DNA from: a phage
Reading direction: 5' to 3' (one strand)
Assembly (NCBI GenBank): GCA_012455605.1
Contig: GCA_012455605.1_3618.1
Length of the DNA: 64,000 bases
In this document: in pieces, positions 19,769 through 28,172 of the stretch
Layout of the letters: each line of letters starts with the position of its first letter
Numbering within the stretch: the first letter of the stretch is position 1
Notes under the pieces: generated by a model
The model's database searches: none
Seen by the model: the letters and a program-made list of their open reading frames with translations, nothing else
Told to the model about the DNA's origin: nothing
Program-made: the position numbers and the translations under genes

Positions 19769-19815
19769 ATTTATTTTTAGATGGCCTTGACTTCAGGGCC
19801 ATCAATAAAGTAAAC
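19769..19815 (+). repeat. 45 bp intergenic repeat, copy 2
   Basis: ATTTATTTTTAGATGGCCTTGACTTCAGGGCCATCAATAAAGTAAAC. Confidence 0.6.
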
Positions 19816-19857
19816 TTTAGACTGTTAACACTTAACCAATACAGAGGAGTTAAAACC

Positions 19858-20103
19858 ATGGCCGCACTAATTACCAAATATTATGCCCCTACCAACACCA
19901 AAAGCGCCCGTATCATGGTAAAAGGCTTCGGACGTAAAAAGGTTTACACCTGGGATTATGCCTTAGACACGGAAGACAACTACACCAACGCGATGACCGA
20001 TTTTATTAATGATCTGAACACGCGGATCTTAACAAATTATAAAATTACCGACATTGCTTATATAGGTGAAGGCGGGATCTGTTTTGTAGGCATTGTGAAA
20101 TAG
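19858..20103 (+). CDS. hypothetical protein
   Basis: 81 aa. Confidence 0.45.
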   Translation: MAALITKYYAPTNTKSARIMVKGFGRKKVYTWDYALDTEDNYTNAMTDFINDLNTRILTNYKITDIAYIGEGGICFVGIVK

Positions 20104-20150
20104 TTATTTTTTCGGTGGTCCTGGCTGCAGGGCCATCTATAAAGATAATT
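20104..20150 (+). repeat. 45 bp intergenic repeat, divergent copy 3 (compensated hairpin GGTCCTG/CAGGGCC)
   Basis: Same T-tract/hairpin/ATAAAG layout with a different but still pairing stem. Confidence 0.5.
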
Positions 20151-20177
20151 TATTAACACAATGAAAGGAGAAAGTAC

Positions 20178-20531
20178 ATGATCAGCGGGGCAAGTTTTAT
20201 TATTGGCGCTATTGCTACGGCTTTAATTGTAAACAAGATCCAATCTAAAAACGAAAAAGAGAGCAACGCGCTCACAGAATACCCATTTTGGGTATTCAAC
20301 GACAATGAAGACTACATTATCAAGTACAAGAATGAGAAGGGCGACCAGGTAACACCGCGACCGATCCCAGCTTACAAGATGCAAGAAACACTATACCGCC
20401 TAAAGGCTGGAGGCGCAAAAATCGTAGACTTTTGGGGATATGATTGCAAGGATCAGGAGGTTATAAAACGGCGTATCCGGGCGATTCAGGCAAATATTGA
20501 AGTTAGCAAGGGGGGAATATATGAAGATTAA
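20178..20531 (+). CDS. hypothetical protein with N-terminal hydrophobic segment
   Basis: 117 aa; N-terminus ISGASFIIGAIATALIV. Confidence 0.45.
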   Translation: MISGASFIIGAIATALIVNKIQSKNEKESNALTEYPFWVFNDNEDYIIKYKNEKGDQVTPRPIPAYKMQETLYRLKAGGAKIVDFWGYDCKDQEVIKRRIRAIQANIEVSKGGIYED

Positions 20532-20718
20532 TTTTGAGAAGATTGTAAAGCGATCTCATGATTCCGAAGAGTTGCCGGAACGCCGCCAGCGCAACAATAA
20601 ATTGAATAAGCCAAAAAGATTTGGGAAGATCTGGCGGAATCATTATGATCGTAAATTGCCGGGCCTACTTTTGGAACGTGAACGACAGGCGGAACGATAC
20701 CGCCACAAAGGCAAATAA
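20521..20718 (+). CDS. small basic protein
   Basis: Start moved to the ATG at 20521 with AAGGGGGG upstream; Arg/Lys-rich. Confidence 0.4.
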   Translation: MKINFEKIVKRSHDSEELPERRQRNNKLNKPKRFGKIWRNHYDRKLPGLLLERERQAERYRHKGK

Positions 20719-20726
20719 CAACCAAC

Positions 20727-20755
20727 GCCCCGCCATTGTGCGGGGCTTTTTATTT
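20727..20755 (+). terminator. rho-independent terminator (GCCCCGC-CATTGT-GCGGGGC then TTTTTATTT)
   Basis: Perfect 7 bp GC stem followed by a T-tract. Confidence 0.7.
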
Positions 20756-20899
20756 CTATCCTACGAATAGCGCCCCTGGTTGGCCCTGTAAGCGCCAAAA
20801 AGGCCCCACCTATGCAATCGCCCCCCTTTAACCTGAAAACATCGCTTAGGGCCGTTTTATGGCGTTAAAAATATCATTGACAGTGATTTTATTTAAAGC

Positions 20900-20927
20900 T
20901 TGACATCTTAAACAGGTTAGCTATACT
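20900..20927 (+). promoter_or_regulatory. sigma70-like promoter (TTGACA-N16-TATACT)
   Basis: Consensus hexamers; a second TTGACA lies 25 bp upstream. Confidence 0.5.
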
Positions 20928-20959
20928 AACCACATCAAAGAGAGAAAGGAGTAAACGCC

Positions 20960-21220
20960 ATGCGTAAATTAAAAAATTTTGATAAAGTTGATGTTGTCCT
21001 GAATAATTTTTACTACTGCAACAACAAGGCCATTTGGTGGCGTGATAGTTCCACCGATAAAGTCAAGGCGCGCTTTCTCCAGGGGCACTGGCAAGGCCGC
21101 CCAGTGATTAAAATCATGGGGCAATTGGTAGCGTTTAAAAATTGCCGCCGTGTTGATGACGTTGAGGAGATTTTAAACATTTTGCGCCACAATAATTTAA
21201 AAAATAGTGTTGACAAGTAA
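20960..21220 (+). CDS. hypothetical protein
   Basis: 86 aa. Confidence 0.45.
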   Translation: MRKLKNFDKVDVVLNNFYYCNNKAIWWRDSSTDKVKARFLQGHWQGRPVIKIMGQLVAFKNCRRVDDVEEILNILRHNNLKNSVDK

Positions 21221-21237
21221 ATCTCAATAAGTATAAT
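21210..21237 (+). promoter_or_regulatory. sigma70-like promoter (TTGACA-N16-TATAAT)
   Basis: Perfect hexamers overlapping the upstream stop codon. Confidence 0.55.
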
Positions 21238-21294
21238 TAAACACACAGGCGGGAAAACTTACCGCCACTAACAAAGAAAACAGGAGAAAATATC

Positions 21295-21918
21295 ATGACC
21301 ACCGTTAACATTACCACAGGTTACAATTTATCTTTCGACGTGCTGACCGACGAACAAAAAGAAAAAGCCATTGAAATGGTACGCGAAAGAGAAGAACACA
21401 GCGGGGATGACTTTTTTGCAGAAAGTGTAATTGAACACTACAAAGAATATATCTTTCCAGAGTACGGCCTTGAAGATACCGAAGTACATTGGTCCGGTTT
21501 TTGGTGCCAGGGTGACGGCGCGTCAATCAGTGCTGAAAACGTGGATTTAGAAAAATTTTTGCGTAAAGTAAAGGCCCTGACCAAGTTCCGATCAATTCGT
21601 CACTTGTTCGGCACAATGCACGATGGCGAGTTATCAGCCAGTGTTGAACGCGACAAGTACAGCCATTACAGCCATGAAAACACTGTAAGCGGGTACATTG
21701 ATACCACTTGGCTAGATCTGACCGCCAAACAAGAAAACAAAGTGGAAGACCTGGAAGAACTGATCACCGAGACGGTACGGGAGCTATCCCGCAAGGTTTA
21801 CGTAGACCTGGAGGAGGCCTATCTAGAACAGTTCACCGCAGAAAACCTGATCGGCCTTATCGAGGCCAATGATTGGCGGTTTGATGTCGATGAATATGGT
21901 GAGATGACTTTTTCATAA
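21295..21918 (+). CDS. hypothetical protein
   Basis: 207 aa acidic protein. Confidence 0.5.
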   Translation: MTTVNITTGYNLSFDVLTDEQKEKAIEMVREREEHSGDDFFAESVIEHYKEYIFPEYGLEDTEVHWSGFWCQGDGASISAENVDLEKFLRKVKALTKFRSIRHLFGTMHDGELSASVERDKYSHYSHENTVSGYIDTTWLDLTAKQENKVEDLEELITETVRELSRKVYVDLEEAYLEQFTAENLIGLIEANDWRFDVDEYGEMTFS

Positions 21919-21926
21919 ATAAAGTG

Positions 21927-21954
21927 TTGCAATAACCTAAAAACCTGCTATATT
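21927..21954 (+). promoter_or_regulatory. sigma70-like promoter (TTGCAA-N16-TATATT)
   Basis: Near-consensus hexamers. Confidence 0.4.
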
Positions 21955-22008
21955 AAAACTCAAGGGGGCAAGACGTTTGCCCCCACACAAAACAAAGAGG
22001 AAAACATC

Positions 22009-22389
22009 ATGAAAAACACTACTAAAGCTATTGACACCGTTATGTTTAACCTGGTTACATTCCGTGAAGATATGAAAGATCTTCCACGTGAAACAGTGTG
22101 CGACCATATCGAAAACTATCGCAAACTAATCAAAGAGTTGCCTTTAAAACGTGACCAGTATGCGGCTAACGCTATGCTTAACGCCATGATCAAAAAGATG
22201 ATTCAGTGTGATTTAACTCTGGCCTATGATTATGCAGGTGGTCGTTTTGCAGTATACAATCAGCCCGTGCCTGGTATGAGCACCACCGAAGAATTGCACG
22301 CGTTAAATCTGAAACAAGATGTATGGGATAACATGCCCCGCGTGGTGGTGTGGGCAGAAAGCGGAAAGATTTACGGCGATAATTTTTAA
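22009..22389 (+). CDS. hypothetical protein
   Basis: 126 aa. Confidence 0.5.
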   Translation: MKNTTKAIDTVMFNLVTFREDMKDLPRETVCDHIENYRKLIKELPLKRDQYAANAMLNAMIKKMIQCDLTLAYDYAGGRFAVYNQPVPGMSTTEELHALNLKQDVWDNMPRVVVWAESGKIYGDNF

Positions 22390-22398
22390 TCAGGCAAC

Positions 22399-22426
22399 AG
22401 GCGGCATATTTGCCGCCTTATTGTTA
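22399..22426 (+). terminator. rho-independent terminator (AGGCGGCA-TATT-TGCCGCCT then TATTGTT)
   Basis: 8 bp stem; its position argues that the downstream gene starts at 22454. Confidence 0.5.
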
Positions 22427-22453
22427 AACAGAACTGCAAAAGAGGTACATAGA

Positions 22454-22825
22454 ATGGAATTTATTATTTTGGCTGTAGTAGTTGCCTTGTTCAACGCCTG
22501 GATCGCTGGCAAGATAGGTAGATCCGCTTTTCTATGGTTTGTTATATCTATTTTCCTGGGAGTGGTTGCAACTATTGTATTGGTTATCCTTGCAATTGTT
22601 GACAAGGGGAATAATAGAAAGGGTAAAGTGTTTTCCGACCTGTATGACGCACAAACGTTTGTCAACGCCTATTATAGTGATCTTCCAGTCTCCCTACGCT
22701 GCAGCCTGGCACAACAGGTTTTTGATGAGGCTAAAACCAGAGACCAAGCCCATGAGATATGTTTAACTGAGGCGGATCGCCTATTTGAGAGGAATAGAAA
22801 ATATGTGGACCAGCCGTTTAAATAA
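22454..22825 (+). CDS. putative membrane protein
   Basis: Start moved to MEFIIL; two hydrophobic segments. Confidence 0.45.
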   Translation: MEFIILAVVVALFNAWIAGKIGRSAFLWFVISIFLGVVATIVLVILAIVDKGNNRKGKVFSDLYDAQTFVNAYYSDLPVSLRCSLAQQVFDEAKTRDQAHEICLTEADRLFERNRKYVDQPFK

Positions 22826-22935
22826 CGCCACGTTAATTAATCCCTTTAGTGAAGATTTGAAGCCAGCCGCCTGGCGTGACGGATTCAATAACGAACGCTT
22901 TATTTTCAGGCCTGATCTTGAGGAATTTTATAACA

Positions 22936-23061
22936 ATGGATCGAACAACAGCGGAGATAATTTTTCTTGTGGTGTGCGTGGTGATAGGACTCCTGGGGGC
23001 CATTGTAAACCACGTAACTGCTAACAGGAGGGAAGGGGGAGACGATGACAACCAAGGATAA
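22936..23061 (+). CDS. small putative membrane protein
   Basis: MDRTTAEIIFLVVCVVIGLLGAIV; start choice uncertain and it conflicts with the overlapping ORF 22785-23024. Confidence 0.3.
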   Translation: MDRTTAEIIFLVVCVVIGLLGAIVNHVTANRREGGDDDNQG

Positions 23062-23168
23062 GCCCCGCACCGATAAGGCGCGCCGTGCTATGGTATGGCT
23101 TGAGATCATCGCCCTTGAAATATTGTTAGGCGTAGGGATGTATTTTATCGCTGTAAGTAACTGATAAC

Positions 23169-23212
23169 GGCCCCCGATCATGGGGCCTATCTTTAAAAAA
23201 AAAAAAATTTTT
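23169..23212 (+). terminator. GC hairpin (GGCCCC-GATCAT-GGGGCC) followed by an A13 run then T5
   Basis: Stem-loop plus a 13 nt homopolymeric A tract. Confidence 0.4.
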
Positions 23213-23223
23213 CTTCCGGGGTG

Positions 23224-23251
23224 TTGCAATCCGGTCCGGAATGTGGATAAT
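23224..23251 (+). promoter_or_regulatory. sigma70-like promoter (TTGCAA-N16/17-GATAAT)
   Basis: Near-consensus hexamers. Confidence 0.4.
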
Positions 23252-23306
23252 AACAATCAACGGGGAAACATCCCCACCAACACAAAAACCAGAAAGGAGA
23301 AACAAA

Positions 23307-23507
23307 ATGAGCAACAATATCCGCGTTATTAACTTCAAAAAAGAAGAAAAAATTGCCGTGCTGATTGACGGTCAAGAAATCTTCAAGGGCGACTATGAAG
23401 ATCATCAAACGGCGATTAGTATCACTCGCGTGATTGGTTATCATAATTTCTACCCCCAAGGCGCTGAAGCAGCAGTTAAACGAATCAAAGAGATTGTAGG
23501 CCTGTAA
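23307..23507 (+). CDS. hypothetical protein
   Basis: Start moved to MSNNIRV with AAGGAGA upstream. Confidence 0.45.
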   Translation: MSNNIRVINFKKEEKIAVLIDGQEIFKGDYEDHQTAISITRVIGYHNFYPQGAEAAVKRIKEIVGL

Positions 23508-23508
23508 A

Positions 23509-23553
23509 ATTTATTTTTAGATGGCCTTGACTTCAGGGCCATCGATAAAGTAA
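23509..23553 (+). repeat. 45 bp intergenic repeat, copy 4
   Basis: ATTTATTTTTAGATGGCCTTGACTTCAGGGCCATCGATAAAGTAAAT. Confidence 0.6.
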
Positions 23554-23600
23554 ATTTAAACCCTGTTAAAATACCACGCAGTTAACAAGGAGTGATAGAC

Positions 23601-23900
23601 ATGTTTATCCAGGCTAATAATCTTTATTTCTTTGATGGTCAGATCGTAGATGGTGTGGAAGTGGAGATCACCGGGTGCCCTGGCGGTCAGGCTATGACTT
23701 TTCGGAATAATGCCTTTGATGATTCTCATATAGTTATGAGAATGGAAGTTACGAAGCTGGACGACAAGAAAACACTCATTGACTATTCCGTGAAAGATCA
23801 TCCAGACTACCACATGATCTATGGTGATTTGTGCATTGTTGACCGTGACAAGGTGAACGGCATTGTGATCGCTATTGTGAACGATGTTTTCTCAAACTAA
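23601..23900 (+). CDS. hypothetical protein
   Basis: Start moved to MFIQANN with AAGGAG upstream. Confidence 0.45.
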   Translation: MFIQANNLYFFDGQIVDGVEVEITGCPGGQAMTFRNNAFDDSHIVMRMEVTKLDDKKTLIDYSVKDHPDYHMIYGDLCIVDRDKVNGIVIAIVNDVFSN

Positions 23901-23917
23901 TTTCAACAGGTCATTTT

Positions 23918-24268
23918 ATGAAAGTCAAACTATATTACCTTAATGAGCTTAACCCCCTTGCCCAGGTCCGCGCCCTGGCTAATACCTTGATTTGTGAGAA
24001 ATCTGTATATTGTGTTGAGCTTAACGCCATGCGTGAACGTCTCAAAGGTGGTTACTTTGACATCCATGCTGCAATCAACGGCCTGAATATGGAATTTATC
24101 CGCTTACGTAACAGCAGCCGGAATCTGGCAAGAATGGAACAAGATCCGGCCCACCTTCGTAAGCTGGTTATTGAAAATCATCTGATGTTCAATGCCGAGG
24201 GTGATTATTACCATTTTCAACGAAAACGTTGGTACCGTGGCGGCAATACAGGCAAGAATGCAAAATAA
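23918..24268 (+). CDS. hypothetical protein
   Basis: 116 aa. Confidence 0.45.
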   Translation: MKVKLYYLNELNPLAQVRALANTLICEKSVYCVELNAMRERLKGGYFDIHAAINGLNMEFIRLRNSSRNLARMEQDPAHLRKLVIENHLMFNAEGDYYHFQRKRWYRGGNTGKNAK

Positions 24269-24304
24269 GGCCCCTAGCAGGTCCTGCAGCGATATAATCA
24301 CATA

Positions 24305-24337
24305 AAGGCTATGCGGTTGCATGGCCTTTATTATTTT
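24305..24337 (+). terminator. rho-independent terminator (AAGGCTATGC-GGTT-GCATGGCCTT then TATTATTTT)
   Basis: Stem-loop followed by a T-rich tract. Confidence 0.5.
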
Positions 24338-24384
24338 AGCGTTACAGCGGCCCCAAGGCGCTTAAAAATTTTTTAAAGAAGTAC

Positions 24385-24413
24385 TTGCATCAAGCCCTAC
24401 AATATGGATAATA
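24385..24413 (+). promoter_or_regulatory. sigma70-like promoter (TTGCAT-N17-GATAAT)
   Basis: Near-consensus hexamers. Confidence 0.4.
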
Positions 24414-24469
24414 GGACGTGTCAGGGGGGGAGGCCCCAATCATTAACCGGATAGATAGGAGTTAAAACC

Positions 24470-24754
24470 ATGGCTATTGTTACCGCTGGCGATGTAGTAG
24501 AAATGGAAGCAAAATACTTAAAAGCGGGTATGCATATCCTACGCAACGATCTTGAACTAGTCCTGACAATGGTTGACTATAACCCAGGGCAAGATTATCC
24601 AAGCATCGACTACTTTTTTGAGTATGTTGATGAAGAGTTGAAAGAGGATGAGGCCTATTGCGGTGAGTTCTGCAACTTCTTTTGCCCTGATGAGGTTGTA
24701 AAAGTTATCTATCAACCTGGCGTACCTTTCCCGCTGCACGCTATCAATAAATAA
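24470..24754 (+). CDS. hypothetical protein
   Basis: 94 aa acidic protein. Confidence 0.45.
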   Translation: MAIVTAGDVVEMEAKYLKAGMHILRNDLELVLTMVDYNPGQDYPSIDYFFEYVDEELKEDEAYCGEFCNFFCPDEVVKVIYQPGVPFPLHAINK

Positions 24755-24809
24755 ACCTGGCGGGGCCGAAAAGGCCCCCAATTATGAAAATAAAGAGAGG
24801 CAAATCATC

Positions 24810-25043
24810 ATGATGGAACAAATTAAACGCGCCGAGGCTATTAATGGCAACGTGATCTATTTTGTCAGCAAAAACGAAAAAGGCGTACCATATGCGGCAG
24901 TAATAGTACAACCTGACGGCGATTATTGGTTTACTGTGTACGGCGCTTATTCTTTTGGGCGTCCAGTGCATGATAAAATTTTGAAAGTAGCGAACCCTAC
25001 CGGGAAGAATATCACAGCAGAAAAATTTTTTGAAAATAGTTGA
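24810..25043 (+). CDS. hypothetical protein
   Basis: 77 aa. Confidence 0.45.
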   Translation: MMEQIKRAEAINGNVIYFVSKNEKGVPYAAVIVQPDGDYWFTVYGAYSFGRPVHDKILKVANPTGKNITAEKFFENS

Positions 25044-25067
25044 CATGACCATATAAGACTGTAATAT
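25040..25067 (+). promoter_or_regulatory. sigma70-like promoter (TTGACA-N16-TAATAT)
   Basis: Consensus -35. Confidence 0.45.
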
Positions 25068-25118
25068 ATAAATCAAAGGGGGCAACGAACCCCACCAACT
25101 ACAAAGAGGATAAAAATC

Positions 25119-25298
25119 ATGGCTATTATTGCAAAGACTGAGATCGTAGGCTTAGATTCTATTCTCCTCGCATATGAGGAAGCTATAGAAATGTATGTGG
25201 TTTCCTATGGTGAGTATATCCGTGAATATAAATCTATTGATCTGGCTTTTGAATGTTATATCCGCCAGGTTAATAAAGCGTACGATGATTATCGTTAA
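25119..25298 (+). CDS. small hypothetical protein (59 aa)
   Basis: ORF below the track cutoff; AAGAGGA upstream; fills the gap between two promoters. Confidence 0.4.
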   Translation: MAIIAKTEIVGLDSILLAYEEAIEMYVVSYGEYIREYKSIDLAFECYIRQVNKAYDDYR

Positions 25299-25304
25299 AA
25301 TAGT

Positions 25305-25333
25305 TTGACAACAGCCATCTTACAAAGCATAAT
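25305..25333 (+). promoter_or_regulatory. sigma70-like promoter (TTGACA-N17-CATAAT)
   Basis: Consensus -35. Confidence 0.45.
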
Positions 25334-25385
25334 ACATAAGGCGGTGGAATGGTCCGCCACCTGGAACAAAGAAGAGGTAAACACC

Positions 25386-25631
25386 ATGAAAAGCAATAAA
25401 GGTTATAACGGTTACAAAAACAAAACTCATTGGAATGTAAGCCTTTGGATTAATAACGACGAGTCATTGTACCGGTTGGCCCAAGACTTTATTAACGCCA
25501 ATGCTAATCGTAATGATGCGGCGCGGGATATGATGCTTTTTCTGGAGCTAACCGGACAAGATAAGACCCCGGACGGCTTCAAGTACAGCACTACGGCGAT
25601 CCGTGCCGCGATGGTTGGAATGAAACACTAA
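25386..25631 (+). CDS. hypothetical protein
   Basis: Start moved to MKSNKGY with AGAGG upstream. Confidence 0.45.
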   Translation: MKSNKGYNGYKNKTHWNVSLWINNDESLYRLAQDFINANANRNDAARDMMLFLELTGQDKTPDGFKYSTTAIRAAMVGMKH

Positions 25632-26129
25632 AAGCACATAGCCGCCTTACCCTGGGGCCGTGGTAGCGGCCCCATGAATAAGGTTACTAACAGAAGAGAA
25701 TAAACACTATGAAACAGAAATTAATCGATGCAGTGATCTTGGTTATTGCCCTGGGTATTGGCCTGATTGCAACCATGGCTAATGTGATCTTGTCTTCCAA
25801 CGGTATCGGGTGAGGTTGGCAAATGATCACTAACAAAACAGGCAAAACAGAATTTTTACGCAACTTACAGATCGGCAAGCCTGAGATCTGGCATTGCACT
25901 AAAACACCACGTGACGAAATGAAAGACTTCACCGCCACGCTACAACGGGTAAAGATATCTATCACGCAGAAAAAGGCCTTACTAGTGGTGGAAGGGGAGA
26001 TCCCCCAAACCGTTGTTATAGTTGAGCGTACAGCATAGTTTAATTTATACCGATACCCGAAAATTAACCAACAAAGCATAAACAGGCGGTTACCGCCGCA
26101 TTAAACGTAGCAGAAAGAGGCTAGACACA

Positions 26130-26414
26130 ATGAAAAAGATTATCGCAGTGGTTGCCCTGGTTGTTGGACTTAATGCGCCTGCAATGGCTAAAGAGCTGGC
26201 AAAAGAGGTTGATCTAACGGATATCCATGCCGTCAATCAAATCGGGGTTACTTATCGCTTATGCCTTGCCGCTAAAACTTTTAATGACGGCACAACAGAG
26301 TACTACGGATTCGAGGGTATCCGGTGCGGTGAGCTTGCTCGCGACCTTAAGGAAGATCCAGACCTGGAGGATCTGCCCATAACCGTGAACGGGAAAACTT
26401 ACGTGAACCGTTAA
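26130..26414 (+). CDS. putative secreted/periplasmic protein
   Basis: Signal-peptide-like N-terminus MKKIIAVVALVVGLNAPAMA. Confidence 0.5.
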   Translation: MKKIIAVVALVVGLNAPAMAKELAKEVDLTDIHAVNQIGVTYRLCLAAKTFNDGTTEYYGFEGIRCGELARDLKEDPDLEDLPITVNGKTYVNR

Positions 26415-26563
26415 CCATGAGAAAGATAATTATCACCTTGGGGATCGTGGCGGGATCGCTGGCGCTCTTTCCCCTTATGGTTAGATATGTGCTGATCGGT
26501 ATTGTCCTGGCAGTCAGTGATCTATTGGAAACGGTTGGCACCTTGTTTTAAAGAGCGGTAAAA

Positions 26564-26755
26564 ATGAATATCGAACAAGTTAGAAAGGTATTGGCGGTAC
26601 TGCGTTATCATAATCATAGAAAGGTTATAGACGATCCTGATTATGTTGATTCAAGTCTGGAAGAGGATACGCTACAAGCCATAAGTAACATGCAAGAATT
26701 GCTAAAGCGCATGACAGAGAAAAACCGACCGGACTACATAGGCGAAAAAATATAA
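26564..26755 (+). CDS. hypothetical protein
   Basis: 63 aa. Confidence 0.4.
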   Translation: MNIEQVRKVLAVLRYHNHRKVIDDPDYVDSSLEEDTLQAISNMQELLKRMTEKNRPDYIGEKI

Positions 26756-26770
26756 TATTTATAAACTACA

Positions 26771-26800
26771 AAACAGGGCTTGCTATGGTCCTGTTTTTTG
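26771..26800 (+). terminator. rho-independent terminator (AAAACAGGGC...GGTCCTGTTTT then TTTG)
   Basis: Stem-loop followed by a T-tract. Confidence 0.55.
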
Positions 26801-26815
26801 TTATACTTATTACAC

Positions 26816-26858
26816 GGCAGGCACCTGGCGACGGGTGGAGACAATCACCGGGCCTGCC
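26816..26858. other. conserved element, inverted copy (reverse complement of GGCAGGCCCGGTGATTGTCTCC) inside a GGCAGGC/GCCTGCC hairpin
   Basis: Exact 22 nt match to 17356-17377 on the opposite strand. Confidence 0.5.
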
Positions 26859-26965
26859 TGTCATATAAGAACTATAAAAACCGTTGACATCTGCCAGGTG
26901 GTGGGGTAACATTATCTTGAAGGGGCAAAAGTGCCCACACAACAACCAGAAGAGAGGAAAACATC

Positions 26966-27238
26966 ATGTCAAGCTGGATTAATCAAGAAGTCGAATCACG
27001 TTTTAATGCTATTTGGGATCTCATCGAAAAAGAGGACGGAACATCAAGCCCTTACCTCAATAATCTTGAATTCCATTTTGTGGAAGCGATGAACGCAGAA
27101 CATGATCACGAAGGTGGCGCGGATGATTTCGCTAAAGGTTATGGCTTTAACAATGCCAACGAAATGATCGAGGCGGTCGTACTCCAGGCTGAGGAAGATT
27201 ATCAATTAAAAACGCTTGAATTCTGCCGCCATAAGTAA
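26966..27238 (+). CDS. hypothetical protein
   Basis: 90 aa acidic protein, AGAGAGGA upstream. Confidence 0.45.
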   Translation: MSSWINQEVESRFNAIWDLIEKEDGTSSPYLNNLEFHFVEAMNAEHDHEGGADDFAKGYGFNNANEMIEAVVLQAEEDYQLKTLEFCRHK

Positions 27239-27298
27239 TAAGATAATGACACGGGCCAAAAGGCCCGCTAATCAGAACCGCATAAAGAGGTAAACATC

Positions 27299-27562
27299 AT
27301 GAAACGTCTTGATCAGCTCAAACTAGTTCAGTACATGGCCTACAAAGTTCTTGAAGTCCAAAAAGGTAGCAAAAAAGAGGTTTGCGAGAAAGCATATAAG
27401 ATCTTTACCCGTAAAAAAGATGATTGGATGTTACGCCAGACCAAAAAAGCCGATATCCTGGGGTACCTGGAAGAAGAGATCCGACTTGAAGAGCAAGAAG
27501 AGATCCGCCGCAGTGAAGCAGATTATCAGGCAGCTTGGGAAAACTGGATGAGTAACAAATAA
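27299..27562 (+). CDS. hypothetical protein
   Basis: 87 aa charged protein. Confidence 0.45.
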   Translation: MKRLDQLKLVQYMAYKVLEVQKGSKKEVCEKAYKIFTRKKDDWMLRQTKKADILGYLEEEIRLEEQEEIRRSEADYQAAWENWMSNK

Positions 27563-27628
27563 TACAACAAGTTGCACGATCAGGGGGCAATAAAGCCCCT
27601 TGATCACATAAAAATTATGCTATCCTTA

Positions 27629-27657
27629 TTGACAAGGATCGGCAGTTTTGCTATATT
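27629..27657 (+). promoter_or_regulatory. sigma70-like promoter (TTGACA-N17-TATATT)
   Basis: Consensus hexamers. Confidence 0.5.
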
Positions 27658-27706
27658 CTTTTTTGAAGGGAAGTTGTAAAAAAATTAACTAAGAGGTAAA
27701 AACACC

Positions 27707-28126
27707 ATGAACATTAAATCTAATAATCCGGCATATAGCTTTGATAACGCTTTTTGTCACGGCCCGGCGGCGAAAGGATTCGAAATCGATGGTAAACTAA
27801 TTATTGTCAATGTTGACGGGGAAGAGGTTGCAGTATATCCGGTGGCAGACGTAAAAAGCCGTTTACAATGCCGCATTGATGTTACCGCCTATCAGCTTGA
27901 TCCGGTCCGCATAGTTGCCCTGGTCCTGGAAGAAGAAATTAAAGCCATGCACCATAGCAACAGGTTTATTGGTGACGCCCAGGATAATATGAAGGTATGC
28001 CGCCATAAAGTTAATGAAGTGCTTAAAGAATATGGCTTTAAAGATCTGATGATCAAACGTGAGGAAAAATTCCGCTACCGTAACGACCTGGCAAATCGAA
28101 TCTATGAAATATACGAATCATTATAA
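27707..28126 (+). CDS. hypothetical protein
   Basis: 139 aa; last plus-strand gene before the convergent region. Confidence 0.5.
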   Translation: MNIKSNNPAYSFDNAFCHGPAAKGFEIDGKLIIVNVDGEEVAVYPVADVKSRLQCRIDVTAYQLDPVRIVALVLEEEIKAMHHSNRFIGDAQDNMKVCRHKVNEVLKEYGFKDLMIKREEKFRYRNDLANRIYEIYESL

Positions 28127-28144
28127 TTTCTTAACTAAACTATC

Positions 28145-28172
28145 AGGGGCTTTAAAAGGCCCCTTTCTTTTT
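28145..28172 (+). terminator. rho-independent terminator (AGGGGC-TTTAAAAG-GCCCCT then TTCTTTTTG)
   Basis: Stem-loop and T-tract closing the plus-strand block. Confidence 0.6.

Noticed and set aside
19148-23553. Reading the 45 bp repeats as canonical rho-independent terminators
   Set aside because: The T-tract precedes the hairpin on the coding strand and an A-rich tract follows it on the other strand, so neither orientation gives hairpin-then-U-tract; they are reported as repeat or promoter-like elements instead.
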